Of a stretch of DNA of 64,000 nucleotides, positions 13,810 through 24,572 are shown piece after piece; the first letter of the stretch is position 1, and the number at the start of each line of letters is the position of its first letter. This DNA is from Negaprion brevirostris (Eukaryota). The notes beneath the pieces are model-generated. The model was not told where the DNA came from, did not search any database, and worked only from the letters and a program-made list of their open reading frames with translations. The stretch is from assembly GCA_030324005.1 (NCBI GenBank), contig JARDVH010000137.1:19284917-19348916 (forward strand). Direction: 5' to 3'. The position numbers were made by a program, and so were the translations under genes.

Positions 13810-14726
13810 ACCACTAGTACTTGTGTTCTTCTCTCCTGCAGGCGAAAGCAAAGACATATGCCTTCCGCAGTGATGTAGCCCGGGGACTGAGGATGCCCTA
13901 CCCGGGCAGGTCTGCTCAGGAATCCGCCTTCTCTTCCACCAGGTCCAGGGAAGGACTCCGGAGAGACCCGTCGGCAGCATCCCTGCAGCACGGCAGCCTC
14001 CCCCGGGGAGAGACGTCTAAAGAGAGGGGTGCCCGGGTGGAGGAAATCCCCAGGGCCCATCAGAAATCGGGCTCTCACAAGCACCGGAAAAAGGGGCCGA
14101 AGGTCGGCAAGTTGGACTACAAGGATGGGCAGGCTGTACGCGCGGGCTCCCTGAAAAGGAGCAGCCCGGATGAGGTGGAGGCAAGGACACCCACGTACCC
14201 TCATTTTAAACGCAGGAAATCCGAGGAGCTGGACTCGGGGAGTGATGAACTGGAGGAGAAGGTGGAAAGCGGACTCATCCACTTGCCCGGGAGACAGGAG
14301 GCGAAGCTGGGCAATGCTGTGCCCAGTCACGCCTCTCCCAGGACTCAGATCCATCGCCCTTCCCTGGACTACCGGGTGAATAAATACAGTTCAGACTCGC
14401 ACAGCCTTCGGACTAAGCCGGGCGTGGAAAGCGTCACCTCCAAGAGTGAAGCGGGGCCGGACACCTCAGTACTTAAAAGTAAGCACGCTTCAGAGGGGGC
14501 GGTGTCCCGGAATAGTGTGTGTGTGGCCGCTGACAGGCCGGTTTCTAAGTCCCCTCTGTTGGCCAGGCACCAAGTCTCCCGGTTTCTGGCAGAACCAGAG
14601 GAATCCTGGAGCCCATCACTGAACAATCTGGAGAAAGTGGTGGTTACGGACGTCACGTCAAACTTTCTGACTGTCACCATTAAAGAGAGCAGCACAGACG
14701 AAGGATTCTTCAAAGAAAAAGTTTAA
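13149..14726 (+). CDS. CBX8: Chromobox protein homolog 8 (Polycomb PRC1 subunit), five coding exons: 13149-13217, 13359-13402, (gap)-13524, 13649-13715, 13842-14726; about 376 aa if exon 3 has the usual 66 nt
   Basis: Spliced translation [38 protein letters not shown]/...[42 protein letters not shown]...[19 protein letters not shown]. This is a Pc chromodomain, AT-hook-like motif and C-terminal Pc box. The AKAKTYxFRSDxARGxRxPYPGRS segment is CBX8-type. Visible splice sites are GT-AG with matching phases. Confidence 0.96.
13359..13402 (+). CDS. CBX8: CBX8 coding exon 2 (chromodomain)
   Basis: Acceptor cttcctAG; [14 protein letters not shown](K); 44 nt; donor GTAAGT at 13403. Confidence 0.95.
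13497..13524 (+). CDS. CBX8: CBX8 coding exon 3, visible 3' part only (5' part hidden in the N gap 13487-13496)
   Basis: Reads xRLISAFDE(R) followed by GT at 13525; matches the end of the chromodomain exon (YSTWEPEENILDxRLLxAFEER in known CBX8). Confidence 0.88.
13649..13715 (+). CDS. CBX8: CBX8 coding exon 4 (AT-hook-like KRGPKP motif)
   Basis: Acceptor tcttccAG; [22 protein letters not shown]; 67 nt; donor GTAAAT at 13716. Confidence 0.95.
13779..13804. repeat. (CA)n microsatellite in CBX8 intron 4
   Basis: Direct reading. Confidence 0.9.
13842..14726 (+). CDS. CBX8: CBX8 last coding exon (Pc box)
   Basis: Acceptor ctcctgcAG at 13840-13841, within ORF 13821..14726; C-terminal [18 protein letters not shown]; stop TAA. 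Confidence 0.96.
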   Translation, partial: AKAKTYAFRSDVARGLRMPYPGRSAQESAFSSTRSREGLRRDPSAASLQHGSLPRGETSKERGARVEEIPRAHQKSGSHKHRKKGPKVGKLDYKDGQAVRAGSLKRSSPDEVEARTPTYPHFKRRKSEELDSGSDELEEKVESGLIHLPGRQEAKLGNAVPSHASPRTQIHRPSLDYRVNKYSSDSHSLRTKPGVESVTSKSEAGPDTSVLKSKHASEGAVSRNSVCVAADRPVSKSPLLARHQVSRFLAEPEESWSPSLNNLEKVVVTDVTSNFLTVTIKESSTDEGFFKEKV

Positions 14727-16931
14727 AAAAAGCAAGCCAATCTTCTTTGACAATTCGGATGGGAGGGCGTTGATCGTTATTAGTACCTGACAGTCACAAC
14801 AGAGTCGTGGCTGGAAGATAAATGGTGTTTTTTTTTCTGAGTTGTATATAGTTTCCTGNNNNNNNNNNNNNNNNNNNNNNNNNNNNNNNNNNNNNNNNNN
14901 NNNNNNNNNNNNNNNNNNNNNNNNNNNNNNNNNNNNNNNNNNNNNNNNNNNNNNNNNNCCTGGAACAGGTCAAGTCTGACATAGGATCAGCTTATTTGTC
15001 ATGCTCAGTAATGAAGTGCCCATTTTTCTTAGGCCCATGTTGTGAGTTGTATGTCAGATGCAGTTAGCTAAAACTGTACTAAACTCATCAAGGGGTTAAC
15101 GCCAAAATGGTTAATGTTTTCACGTTTGCCTTTGCCCGGGTAAAGGTTGAGGAGTTGGTTGATGAGATGGCAGTGAGTGCTCTGAATTGCCCGTCTCATC
15201 AACCTGCCAGGCAATGTAGCCCACCCATGGACATGATGCTAGTATTGTTAATTTGCTTCGATTCATTTGTAGATACAATCGCAGGATGCTTTGTTCCAGC
15301 ACGTCATCTAGATTAGGGCAAAAGTCATAACAGTAAATAGCTTCAGAAATGAGTACAAATATTAAGTTGACTTTTGCTTTCAGTGGCCGGACTGTTGACT
15401 CCTTTGCCATTACATTTTTTCTCTTGTCTAAATGCAATATGTGTTTTGAATATACAATGCCAATTGCACTTTCTATTATTTCTGTAAAATATAAACAAAA
15501 TAGNNNNNNNNNNTGAGCGAGGTGCTGTATTTCGTATTTCCTGTGCTAAATGTCGGCTTATACAGCTAAGTTATTTATCCATGTGCACACAGGGATTCCT
15601 CCCATGATGCAATGATTTTTGAGATTTGTTGTGAGGATAACAATATTGCTTACAAATAGTTTCAGCCAACCCCCCCGTATCTGTTAAAACTCCTGACTAC
15701 TTCTGAAGGGAATTGCTCCCCCTGTACTGTCTCCTCCACTTTTGCACCAGGGTCTCTTTGTGTGGGACACCTCTTAGATATACACCACATGTATGACGTA
15801 AACTGAACATATTTGTCATTANNNNNNNNNNNNNNNNNNNNNNNNNNNNNGCCAGGCTTTTATATATATATATATGGGGAGAGGTATGAGCAGATTTTGT
15901 TTGGCAAATGACCAGTAAATGTACATGTCTGTGCTAGAACATTCAAATTGCAGATTGACTGGTTAGATTTCTGTTTTTGTTGATAGATTACCACAGTAGA
16001 TTTGCCCCTTAACCCATTTGACTTTACCATTGAAAGCAGGGATAACAACTCTTCAGGTTAACGTTGCTGTGAATGCATTATGTCAACCATTAAGTGGTGA
16101 GATCACTAGTTTATTTTTAGTAAGTCAGACCAAGAAAGAGGAAATGACATCAAAATGAATTCTTTAGGAAAAAACCTGTTGTCATCATACTTCATGCTCT
16201 TGTTTATAGCCTTATCACGAATTCTGAATGATGGTTTATAGGGGTTGAGGCATTTTGACTGACGTCTGTATTGTGTTCGTTTAACAAAACAACCCCTTCC
16301 ATTTTCCAGCAATGTTTTCGACCAAATGAAAGTGTACTATTGGTTCCATGTCTCCCGATCTTAGAAAATAAATTGCACATGAGCTGCTCCTGGATTGGGA
16401 AATCCATTGCGCTAAGTTTGCTCCCAGGTGTATACAGATATGCTTCAACGTGTGAGCGAAAAAATAACCCCATGGGATGTCAGATGACAGCAGCACATTT
16501 CCAATTTGAAATTTGCTTGCTGCTTTCGGATCAAATCTTTTCATTGCTTCCCACTGTAACATTGTCTGGCCCATGCACCGCACACAACGTCTATTTAATG
16601 GTTTAAATATGTGGGCCAACAGAAAGGCTGAAATCCGAGTTGGTGGGTGAATCTTAACGCAGGCGGTGGAAAGAAAAGAGCGGCCCTGTTGTCAGAATGC
16701 CATCTTTGATTAAACTGCTGATTTTTAAAAAAAATTCGATCATAGAATTAACCCCATGACCGAGCTTCGTGATGCAAGCAGTTGTCATAAAATTGATCCA
16801 ATCACTTTTATAATGGGGTCGTTTAAGGAAAAACGCAAACTTGGAAAAGTGTCCTAGTTTTATATAATCCAATGTGCAACCATTGTTGGACTACAGGGCT
16901 TGGAACATTCTTTAACGCAGGGCTCCGACTC

Positions 16932-17004
16932 AAAGCACGAATACCGGTTTCTTTAATCCAAATAATCGGGCACTGGAGATTAAAGAAACCGGTATTCGTG
17001 CTTT
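16932..17004. repeat. Perfect 27-bp inverted repeat with a 19-nt spacer
   Basis: AAAGCACGAATACCGGTTTCTTTAATC (16932-16958) and its exact reverse complement (16978-17004). Confidence 0.95.
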
Positions 17005-17807
17005 AAGGCCATTGTCTATGAATTTAGGATCTTTGAAGTGTTGAGACTTTGCATACACCACGTTCATGCAGTTGACGCCACCTATGACTCTGCCATATGT
17101 AGGCGGTTATTTACCTTTGAGAATGATTGCTGAAGGTCAGGCACTGCTGAAAGAGAATTGCGTTTGATACGATGCACACATTTACCAAAACGATTGACCA
17201 AAGGAAATGTGTTAGTTCTAATTATGGTAGTGGACCCGTAATTGTGACTAATGATACGACGTTAATGGGGACGGTTATATTCTTCAAAGTGGTTGATGTT
17301 TATGGGTGAATATTTACCGTCTATGTTTTTCTAGCATTGGAGAATAAACAAAAGAAGACAATACACACATCTGCAAGTTGTGTAAACTAAAATCCCTTGG
17401 TGCACTTACATGCTGATTGAATTCAAAGGACGCGTTACATTTGAAATAAGAGTACACTAGATCGTGTGTTAAACTGATCTATTGTACGTTGAATGTTTTG
17501 ACTATTAAAACTTGAAGAGACCGCGCCTGTTGCTGAATGTAATGTATATTAGTGTGTACAGGCCGTGTCACTGGGATACTCAGTATTGTCAGATGTTGAA
17601 TTTTTTTTTCGGAACTTGTACAATATATATCATGTTTGCAAGAAACTGTTGCCATCAAAGGTTTGAGTGGGTTGGCCTCCGAAGCGAAGCAGACATTGAA
17701 TTTCAGTTTACAGGTGGCATTTAAACTTTATTATGAGCAAGACTTTTGGCGCTTGGGGAAATGATTGCCCGTATGAAAAAAATTACATTGGTCAGAATTA
17801 ATCTTCA

Positions 17808-17840
17808 CCCCCCCCTCCCCTCCCCTCCCCTCCCCTCCCA
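17808..17840. repeat. (CCCCT)n tract
   Basis: Direct reading. Confidence 0.85.
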
Positions 17841-19199
17841 TCCACCCACCACAATGTTATACATCCACAAAGTTTGTGAACTGTAATTTTTTTTTGTAAA
17901 AATTATTCAACGGTCTAACCCTTTTTGTTTAGATTTGAAAAAGAATGTATGGAGGGGATATAGCTATAAACTATTTTATGTATTCTACATAATGGACAGT
18001 GTTTTAAAACATTGCACTTAACTCTTGTTTCGATATTTGACTATAAATGTACTTTGCGAATAATGGTGATTAAAATGAAATAATGTTTGAAAATGTTTAT
18101 AACATTTGAAGTCTTGTCATGCTCTATGGAAGCATGCTTTTAAAGAACATGCGAGAGCCAGAAAATAAATGCGTTCCATTGATGTGTGTAGCGGTAACAT
18201 TATCCAATGCAGATCCATAGCAGGCTTTATTGGGACAGATTAACGTGTGCCTGGGAGCGGTGAACCCTTCTCTATTGAAGTAGCATGCACCCTTGTAAAA
18301 ACTTTTAGATGAAGTCCATATGCCTTATCATAATAGGAAAGAATTATTTGTGGATGTCATCGTTGACGTTTAGTTTCACCGCCAAGCATTTACAAGCTAT
18401 AACATTCACAGCCGGAACTTTAGCAGTAATAACTACTAACATTACATTCATTGAGTACCTTCCTCGTGTGTTAAGTTTGCACTGATTGGTGTTATGGTCT
18501 TTTGCGAAGTGATTGCGCACTCTCGCGCGCCAAAGGCATCGCACGTACCCTCTGCTTATTTGCGTTCCACTCGGTAACGTGAAGACACGAATTTCCGCAG
18601 TGCACCGAACGAAAATAAGCGACATTTCCTTACGATTGGAAGAGGAAAACTGAACGCTAGAAAAGGTGCGAAGAAGGGCTGCCTCTCCCACGTTCAGCCG
18701 GTAGAAATCAACATTCAACTTTGCCTCCAACGACTGAAAACCCACCTCCCAGAATGAAAATGAATGCAGCCTTTCTCCTCACTCAAATGTCATAATAATG
18801 GCACGGGTACGAAAACTGTGGCCATTTGGGTATTTTATACACAGCAGATTCGGTGATCTTTGGAAGTACAATAGTCTCATTTCAGTAGAGTTGGTGAATT
18901 TTTGTTTGAAATGCTGAATTTCTGGAATCCAAGCTACACAAAGGGTGGCCAGGAAGACAAATTTCCATAAGTCTGCTCGAACACCCGTACAAGCAGCCCT
19001 GTATATTGATGGGCTTTTGGGCCATTTAAAGGTCGCTGAGAAATTAAGATGCACAACGGTCCCTTTTGAATATGTATGTTGTTACGGAAATCTGTTCACT
19101 AAACCCCTCTCCTGAATACGGCATGCATGCATTGATGGAGTTGGTTTATGTGGGGGACTCCCAAATGTAGTTGTTAGGAAGGTAGCTCTAAAATAAGCC

Positions 19200-19290
19200 A
19201 AGTAAGAAATCTCACAACACCAGGTTAAAATCCAACTGGTTTATTTGGTAGCACGAGCTTTCGGAGCGCTGCTCCTTCATCAGGTGAGTC
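19200..19290 (-). mobile_element. Penelope-like element terminal fragment (family A)
   Basis: Near-identical to the arms at 20311, 33870, 36150 and 48661; carries the hammerhead core. Confidence 0.7.
19251..19288 (-). ncRNA. Minimal type I hammerhead ribozyme motif (second copy)
   Basis: Minus strand: CAC-CUGAUGA-A-GGAGC-AGC-GCUCC-GAA-AGCU-C-GUG; intact core, 3-bp stem I. Confidence 0.65.
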
Positions 19291-20276
19291 TTTACAAGAA
19301 AAACAACGCCTGGGGGGCGGGAAACATACCGAGGGGGAAGAAGATGGAGATCAATATTTCCAAAATGGAAATGGCCTTCACTTATTTAATTTACGGTGGT
19401 GGATTGTGATTGACAACTTCCATCCGACTGGGCTAGAAATAATCTAATCCGATTCGAAACCTTCCATTTCTTTAACATCACTTGTAAATGGTGAGCGTTC
19501 GGGTAATATTTCGAAGTGTAAGCAATTTTCTCAGAAAGATGGGTATTTTCGAATGCTACTTAGCTAAGCAGATTGCCAAAAAGCCGAATATTTGTATGTG
19601 CTGCTTCCTTCAAATATTCTGCAATGTGAAATCAGGCCTGGTGCACAACAAAGAAATTCCNNNNNNNNNNGTGCGATTTGTCATTTTTAATATACTTCCA
19701 TTGATAAATTTGTGATCAAGGTGAAAAAGAATCGACGTCAGCAAAATAATATGTTCCCGCTGTTGATAACCAGCGCAAGCGTTAGTCCCCACCAGCCCTG
19801 TCTCATGGTAACCCATCGAAAGATGCTGACCGTTCTGCGGCCCTACATACTTCTGCATACCAGAACTGCCGTTCTTAGAACATCTCAGAACCCGGTTACT
19901 TGTATTGCATTTTTTTTCCTATGTGCTGTGCGTCACTGTACCAAGGTTGAGTTGAAGCCATTGGAATTCATTTGATATGCGGCCTTTGTAGTTGGCACAT
20001 CAAAAGACAGATAGGAAATTTGCGAGCCATCCGTCGGCATTAGATTCCAGAGTGGATCTTAGGGTGGAAAGAACCATGGCAACTGAGCGCCTTGTTCAAA
20101 TCACTGGACTTGTCTTCAGATGGGAAATGGTGAATGAAGAAACAGAAAAAAACAAATAGGAGAACGGCCAGAATCGCAAATCTAAATTTGAGCCGGCTAT
20201 GCTTGATTTAGCAATAGGTTACCATCATTAACAGTATCTGAGGTGGATTAAAGCAGGAAGTCCATCCTGTTTTCAT

Positions 20277-20490
20277 GAGGCGGAGATGTCGGCGTTGGAC
20301 CGGGGTGGGCACAGTAGGAAGTCTCACAACACGAGGTTAAAGTCCAACAGGTTTATTTGGAATCACGAGCTTTCGGAGCGCTGCTCCTTCATCAGATGAG
20401 TGAGGATTGATGAAAGAGCAGCACTGGGAAAGCTCGTGATTCCAAATAAATCTGTTGGACTTTAACCTGGTGCTGTGAGACTTCTTACTG
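20277..20490. mobile_element. Penelope-like family A fold-back insertion with 10-bp target-site duplication
   Basis: Inverted arms ~20311-20395 and ~20408-20491; flanking direct repeat CTGTTTTCAT at 20267-20276 and 20488-20497. Confidence 0.75.
20363..20399 (-). ncRNA. Minimal type I hammerhead ribozyme motif in a Penelope-type terminal repeat
   Basis: Minus strand: UCAU-CUGAUGA-A-GGAGC-AGC-GCUCC-GAA-AGCU-C-GUGA. Intact core, 5-bp stem II, palindromic AGCU in place of stem III, 4-bp stem I. Confidence 0.7.
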
Positions 20491-21229
20491 TTTTCATTAG
20501 TCTTTGATTAATGATTGATTCCAAACATCAGATTGTTAAATTGGCCACGCCAACTTAGTTAACCGCATCATCAGTTGAAACTGTTGAATAGGCTTCTATC
20601 TAAACCCACGCTTGTTGAATAGATCAACTTGAACAAGATGAAAATTGGATTGAGTTAACAAGTGTTTCGGCTTCAACTTGTTTTGAATGGAACTATGAAA
20701 GAGGCAACAAATTGTGAAGAATCTAAGAACAGATTTTTATCATACATTGCTTTTTAATCTTTTTTTCTAATGAAAGGAACAATTTCTTTAGATGTGCACA
20801 ACAGATTTTTTAAGAAGTTGCCATTATCATAGGGTTCTTCCAAATGGCTACAACTTTATGCCATCTTTAGAACCTTAAACCTCCATATTACCTTTTTGGC
20901 TGGTTTGAGCGTTTCAACTCTCTCAACGCCCCTTTGCTGAAACGGCCAGACATTGTGGTAGAAGATGAGACAAACTGCTCTCATCTCTATTTATTTGGAA
21001 ATCAATAAGCACATGCACAGTTAAATATGGAATTCCAGATGTTGCTACCCACGGTGCTCTGCTTCACGTGTCGCTCTCCGGTTCTCCATTCAAATTAATT
21101 TAGTGCTGTGCTTGACCCGCCGTTATGGACTAAGCTTCTCATAAACAGAGTAGGATTGGTCCAATCCAGTGTAAATATCATTTCCTTGCGGGACAAAATC
21201 TTATTTTTGGTCAAACTATCGCTCTGGCA

Positions 21230-21385
21230 TTGATCGTTAACGTTAGAAGTGCGGAGGCTCATTCCAGCTGTCAGTAAACGCTCAGGGGGAATAAAATGTT
21301 CCCTGGCACAATTTCCAAGAGGAGCAGGGGAGTTCTACCTGATGTGTTAGTCGATATTTAACCCTCAACTAAGACCAAAAAATCA
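21230..21385 (+). mobile_element. Deu-domain SINE fragment
   Basis: tggcacaatttccaagaggagcaggggagttctacctgatgt...gatatttaaccctcaac. Confidence 0.55.
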
Positions 21386-22510
21386 ATTAGTCCTTTAACA
21401 TAATTTTCAACGCACCTGTTACAAACTAACGAACGTGTACTTCATGTGTAGAAAAAAATTGTACGTTTATCTGCACGGTAAATAGTCACGAAAACGTGTT
21501 TCTGCAGTTGTATGGCTCCACTGTGATGAATGGAAAAAAAAACCCCTCTATATTTTAAGATAGGAGCGTAGTGTAAGTTCTGAAAGACATTCTAGGTCAG
21601 GTGTTTAAAAAAAGCAACAGAAAGGCCTATGTTTATTGCACTAGTGAAACCAAAGTTTCCGACTGTGCGTCAGTAGGTCAAGTAAAAAAATCGAAGCCAT
21701 TGCATTTCATTCTTGCAAACACACACACACACGCATATATACACAACCAATAAAACTGCCATATCAAAGCAATACAGGGGGAAAATGCAAACATGCTACC
21801 AAATTATGACTTTCACTGAATGCTGATTGTCACTAAGACTACAAAGCGAAACCTTTATTGGTGTCAATGTCTTGCCAATGATCCAGTCAAAGTGAAACCA
21901 AAAACAACCTTCAGGTTTAGTCATCACGAAGTCCAACCTGTCGGAAGGCTCAATGCCCATTAAAAGAGACATCTCACTAAATTCCAAAGGAAATTACACG
22001 ATGTAATTGGATGCCTGGGAAATAACCGCGAGTGGTCTTTGGACTCTTGTACTATTGACCCCTTCTGCAGCACTTTCAAAGAGAACGCAATCTGTACTGT
22101 GCTTTCACCAAGACATTCTGCTGATTGCTGCATTGTTTGATTTTACTGTGCTGATTTCAAGGCTGATCACACAATGTTACGTAGCAAGGGAAGAAGCCTC
22201 GGGCCTACGTGCACGAGTGGGATAACAATCATTCACATAGATCGCCAAGCCATTTGCCTGCCTTATGTTCCAGATTGGCTCTCCGCGTTAATAATTTACC
22301 TTATCCTTCTTAACTTCAAGGCAGGTGCGCGTGGGGCTGAGCAAGCATCTTTTTAGCAAAGTGCCATGAAGCAGTTTAGTATATATACATATATCATGTA
22401 CCTTTATGCTATTTTACCCATTTTCTCGTTTTTCTATTATAGTTTCAAGAGAAAAAAAAGTGAGACAATTCCTGTTGCAAATGAAAGGGGAAACGGGAGT
22501 AAGAGATAGT

Positions 22511-22679
22511 GGATAAAAGCAAAGTACCGCCAGTGCTGGAATCTGAAACAAAAACAGAAAATGCTGGAAAATCTCAGCAGACCCAAGTATCATCCAAACT
22601 CGAAACGTTGGCTCTATTCTCTCTCTACAGATGCTGTTCAGACCTGCTGAGATTTTTCAGCATTTTCTGTTTTTTTTGT
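22511..22679. mobile_element. Penelope-like family B fold-back insertion with 11-bp target-site duplication
   Basis: Inverted arms (aaacagaaaatgctggaaaatctcagcag / ctgctgagatttttcagcattttctgttt); TAAGAGATAGT at 22500-22510 and 22680-22690. Confidence 0.7.
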
Positions 22680-23819
22680 TAAGAGATAGTCTGGGAAACT
22701 GCGGATTTTGAATGTTGGAGAGTATGGCAGAGAACTGGCAAGAAGAGAATGAGAATGCTTTCGGAGGCTTGTTCCATCTTAACTAACAGAAAACACGGGC
22801 GGCCCCAGTGCTCGATTTGCCATGCAGTTTGCTCCTGCATTCCACAATGCATGTTTGTCTATCGCTGGAACAACATGCTGGAGCCGCGGGTTGTACACAA
22901 TCAGTGCCCTGAACATTCCTGGCATTGCATTCAAATGTTTAACAGTTCCCCACTTCTCCCACAATTATTGCCAGGACTGGAGTGGATGTTTGCGAGCTAT
23001 TACAATATCAGGGGTTTAGCCTTGAAGCACATACCATTTTTTTGTCGCTGCCGCCGGTTCATTTTTAGTTTGCATTGTGCAGTCATTCATTAGTGTTTAG
23101 AGAGACCAGATTATACAGACAGTCAGGAATGCCGGAATTAGTTTTCTTTTCCCCCTTTCAGGATTCGACTGGCTTTCACTACCAATGGTGCTTCAATTGT
23201 AACTTCAAGACTGAAAGCCGCCTTTTATTGTCTCACCCAAGAACCGTTATCTATATGTGGGCAATGACTTCTGGTTAGGAGGACATGGCTACCTGCTCTA
23301 AACAGCCCACCCCGGCTCGGTTGAAACCCCACGAAATAAGCCCTCACTGGGCTTTCTTTTTCTGGGTACAATTCCGTCTGAATTATAATTCTTCACGCAT
23401 TCCAGGGTTGCAGGTTTCTGCTTGAATGGAATCCTACAAAGCGCAAATCATTGGGTGATTTTTAGCAGTGTGGTGAAAAGAAGGAATGAATGAAGGTCTC
23501 ATGGGAACGTCCGGCCCAGTAACATTTCAAGTGTAAAATTTGGGAAATGAATCCCATTAAAACGCAATCACGGCAATAGTTTTTTTCTTACTGTTCAAAT
23601 TATCAGTACTACAGTGAACATGGATGTACTTGTACAACGTGCTCAACGTTTGGCCATTTAAAAACAATTCCCGCTATATGCGGCACTGTTGGCAAGGCCA
23701 GCATGTATTTACCCGGCCCTGGTTTCTCTGAGAAGTAGCAGTGGACTTTCCTCTGGAAGATACTGCCTTCTCTGTGGTGAAGGTGGAAAGGCAAGTTGTG
23801 AGAGGGATACAAACAATTT

Positions 23820-24056
23820 ACAAAATTAAATTGGTAAGTTAAGTAAGTAGACAACAAGATGGCAAATGGAGTATAAAGTGGGACAATGTAAAGTTGTTGA
23901 TCTTTGAAGGGAGAACAAAAGAACAGAGTATTATTTAAATGGAGAAAAACTGTAGAAAGGTGCAACACAAAGGGATTTGAACATAAGAACATAAGAAATA
24001 GAAGCAGGAGTAGGCCATCTAGCCCTTCGAGCCTGCCCTGCCATTCAGTAAGATCA
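23820..24056. mobile_element. CR1 fragments (RT part on +, 3' tail on -) next to a gap
   Basis: tggcaaatggagtataaagtggg (WQMEY motif) and aacataagaacataagaaatagaagcaggagtaggcc tail. Confidence 0.6.
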
Positions 24057-24479
24057 NNNNNNNNNNNNNNNNNNNNNNNNNNNNNNNNNNNNNNNNNNNN
24101 NNNNNNNNNNNNNNNNNNNNNNNNNNNNNNNNNNNNNNNNNNNNNNNNNNNNNNNNGGCAAATGGAATGTTGACCCTAATCTGAAAGGAGTTGGATTGTA
24201 AGCGTAGGGATGGCCATCTACAGCCCTTTCTGCCACAGATTTAATCAGTGCCGAGGAAGGCCTCTCTTTTGCTTGATTGAATGTCCTCTGCTACCAAACC
24301 TGCCAAATGGGAGGGCATTAAATTCTGCCCTTTAACTCTGGGTGTCATTCTTTGATTTCATCCATTCCTGCCTCGCTGCCAGCGAGAATTAAGAATTTGG
24401 TGCTCAGCCAGAACTCCATTCACTGCAGCAGAACTGGGGAATCACAGCTGTGGATGTGGTCAGAGATTTTCAATGACTG

Positions 24480-24572
24480 TCTCTCTTCACAGATACTTCT
24501 TGACCTGTTGGGTAGTTCCAGCATTTTCTGTTTTTATTTCACATTCCCTGCATTGACAGTATTTAGCTTTTA
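24480..24572 (+). mobile_element. Degenerate family B fragment
   Basis: cacagatacttcttgacctgttgggtagttccagcattttctgtttttatttc. Confidence 0.5.

Larger units (their letters stand above)
14727..18169 (+). other. Probable long CBX8 3' UTR with candidate polyA signals
   Basis: Transposon-free, with U-rich/TGTA tracts; ATTAAA 18069-18074 and AATAAA 18164-18169. The true 3' end cannot be fixed from DNA alone. Confidence 0.4.

Noticed and set aside
13731-14713. Antisense ORFs (207 aa, 114 aa) opposite the CBX8 last exon
   Set aside because: Expected shadows of a GC-rich coding exon
17808-17850. G-quadruplex potential of (GGGGA)n on the minus strand
   Set aside because: Simple microsatellite; the G-rich strand is not the CBX8 mRNA strand and nothing indicates function
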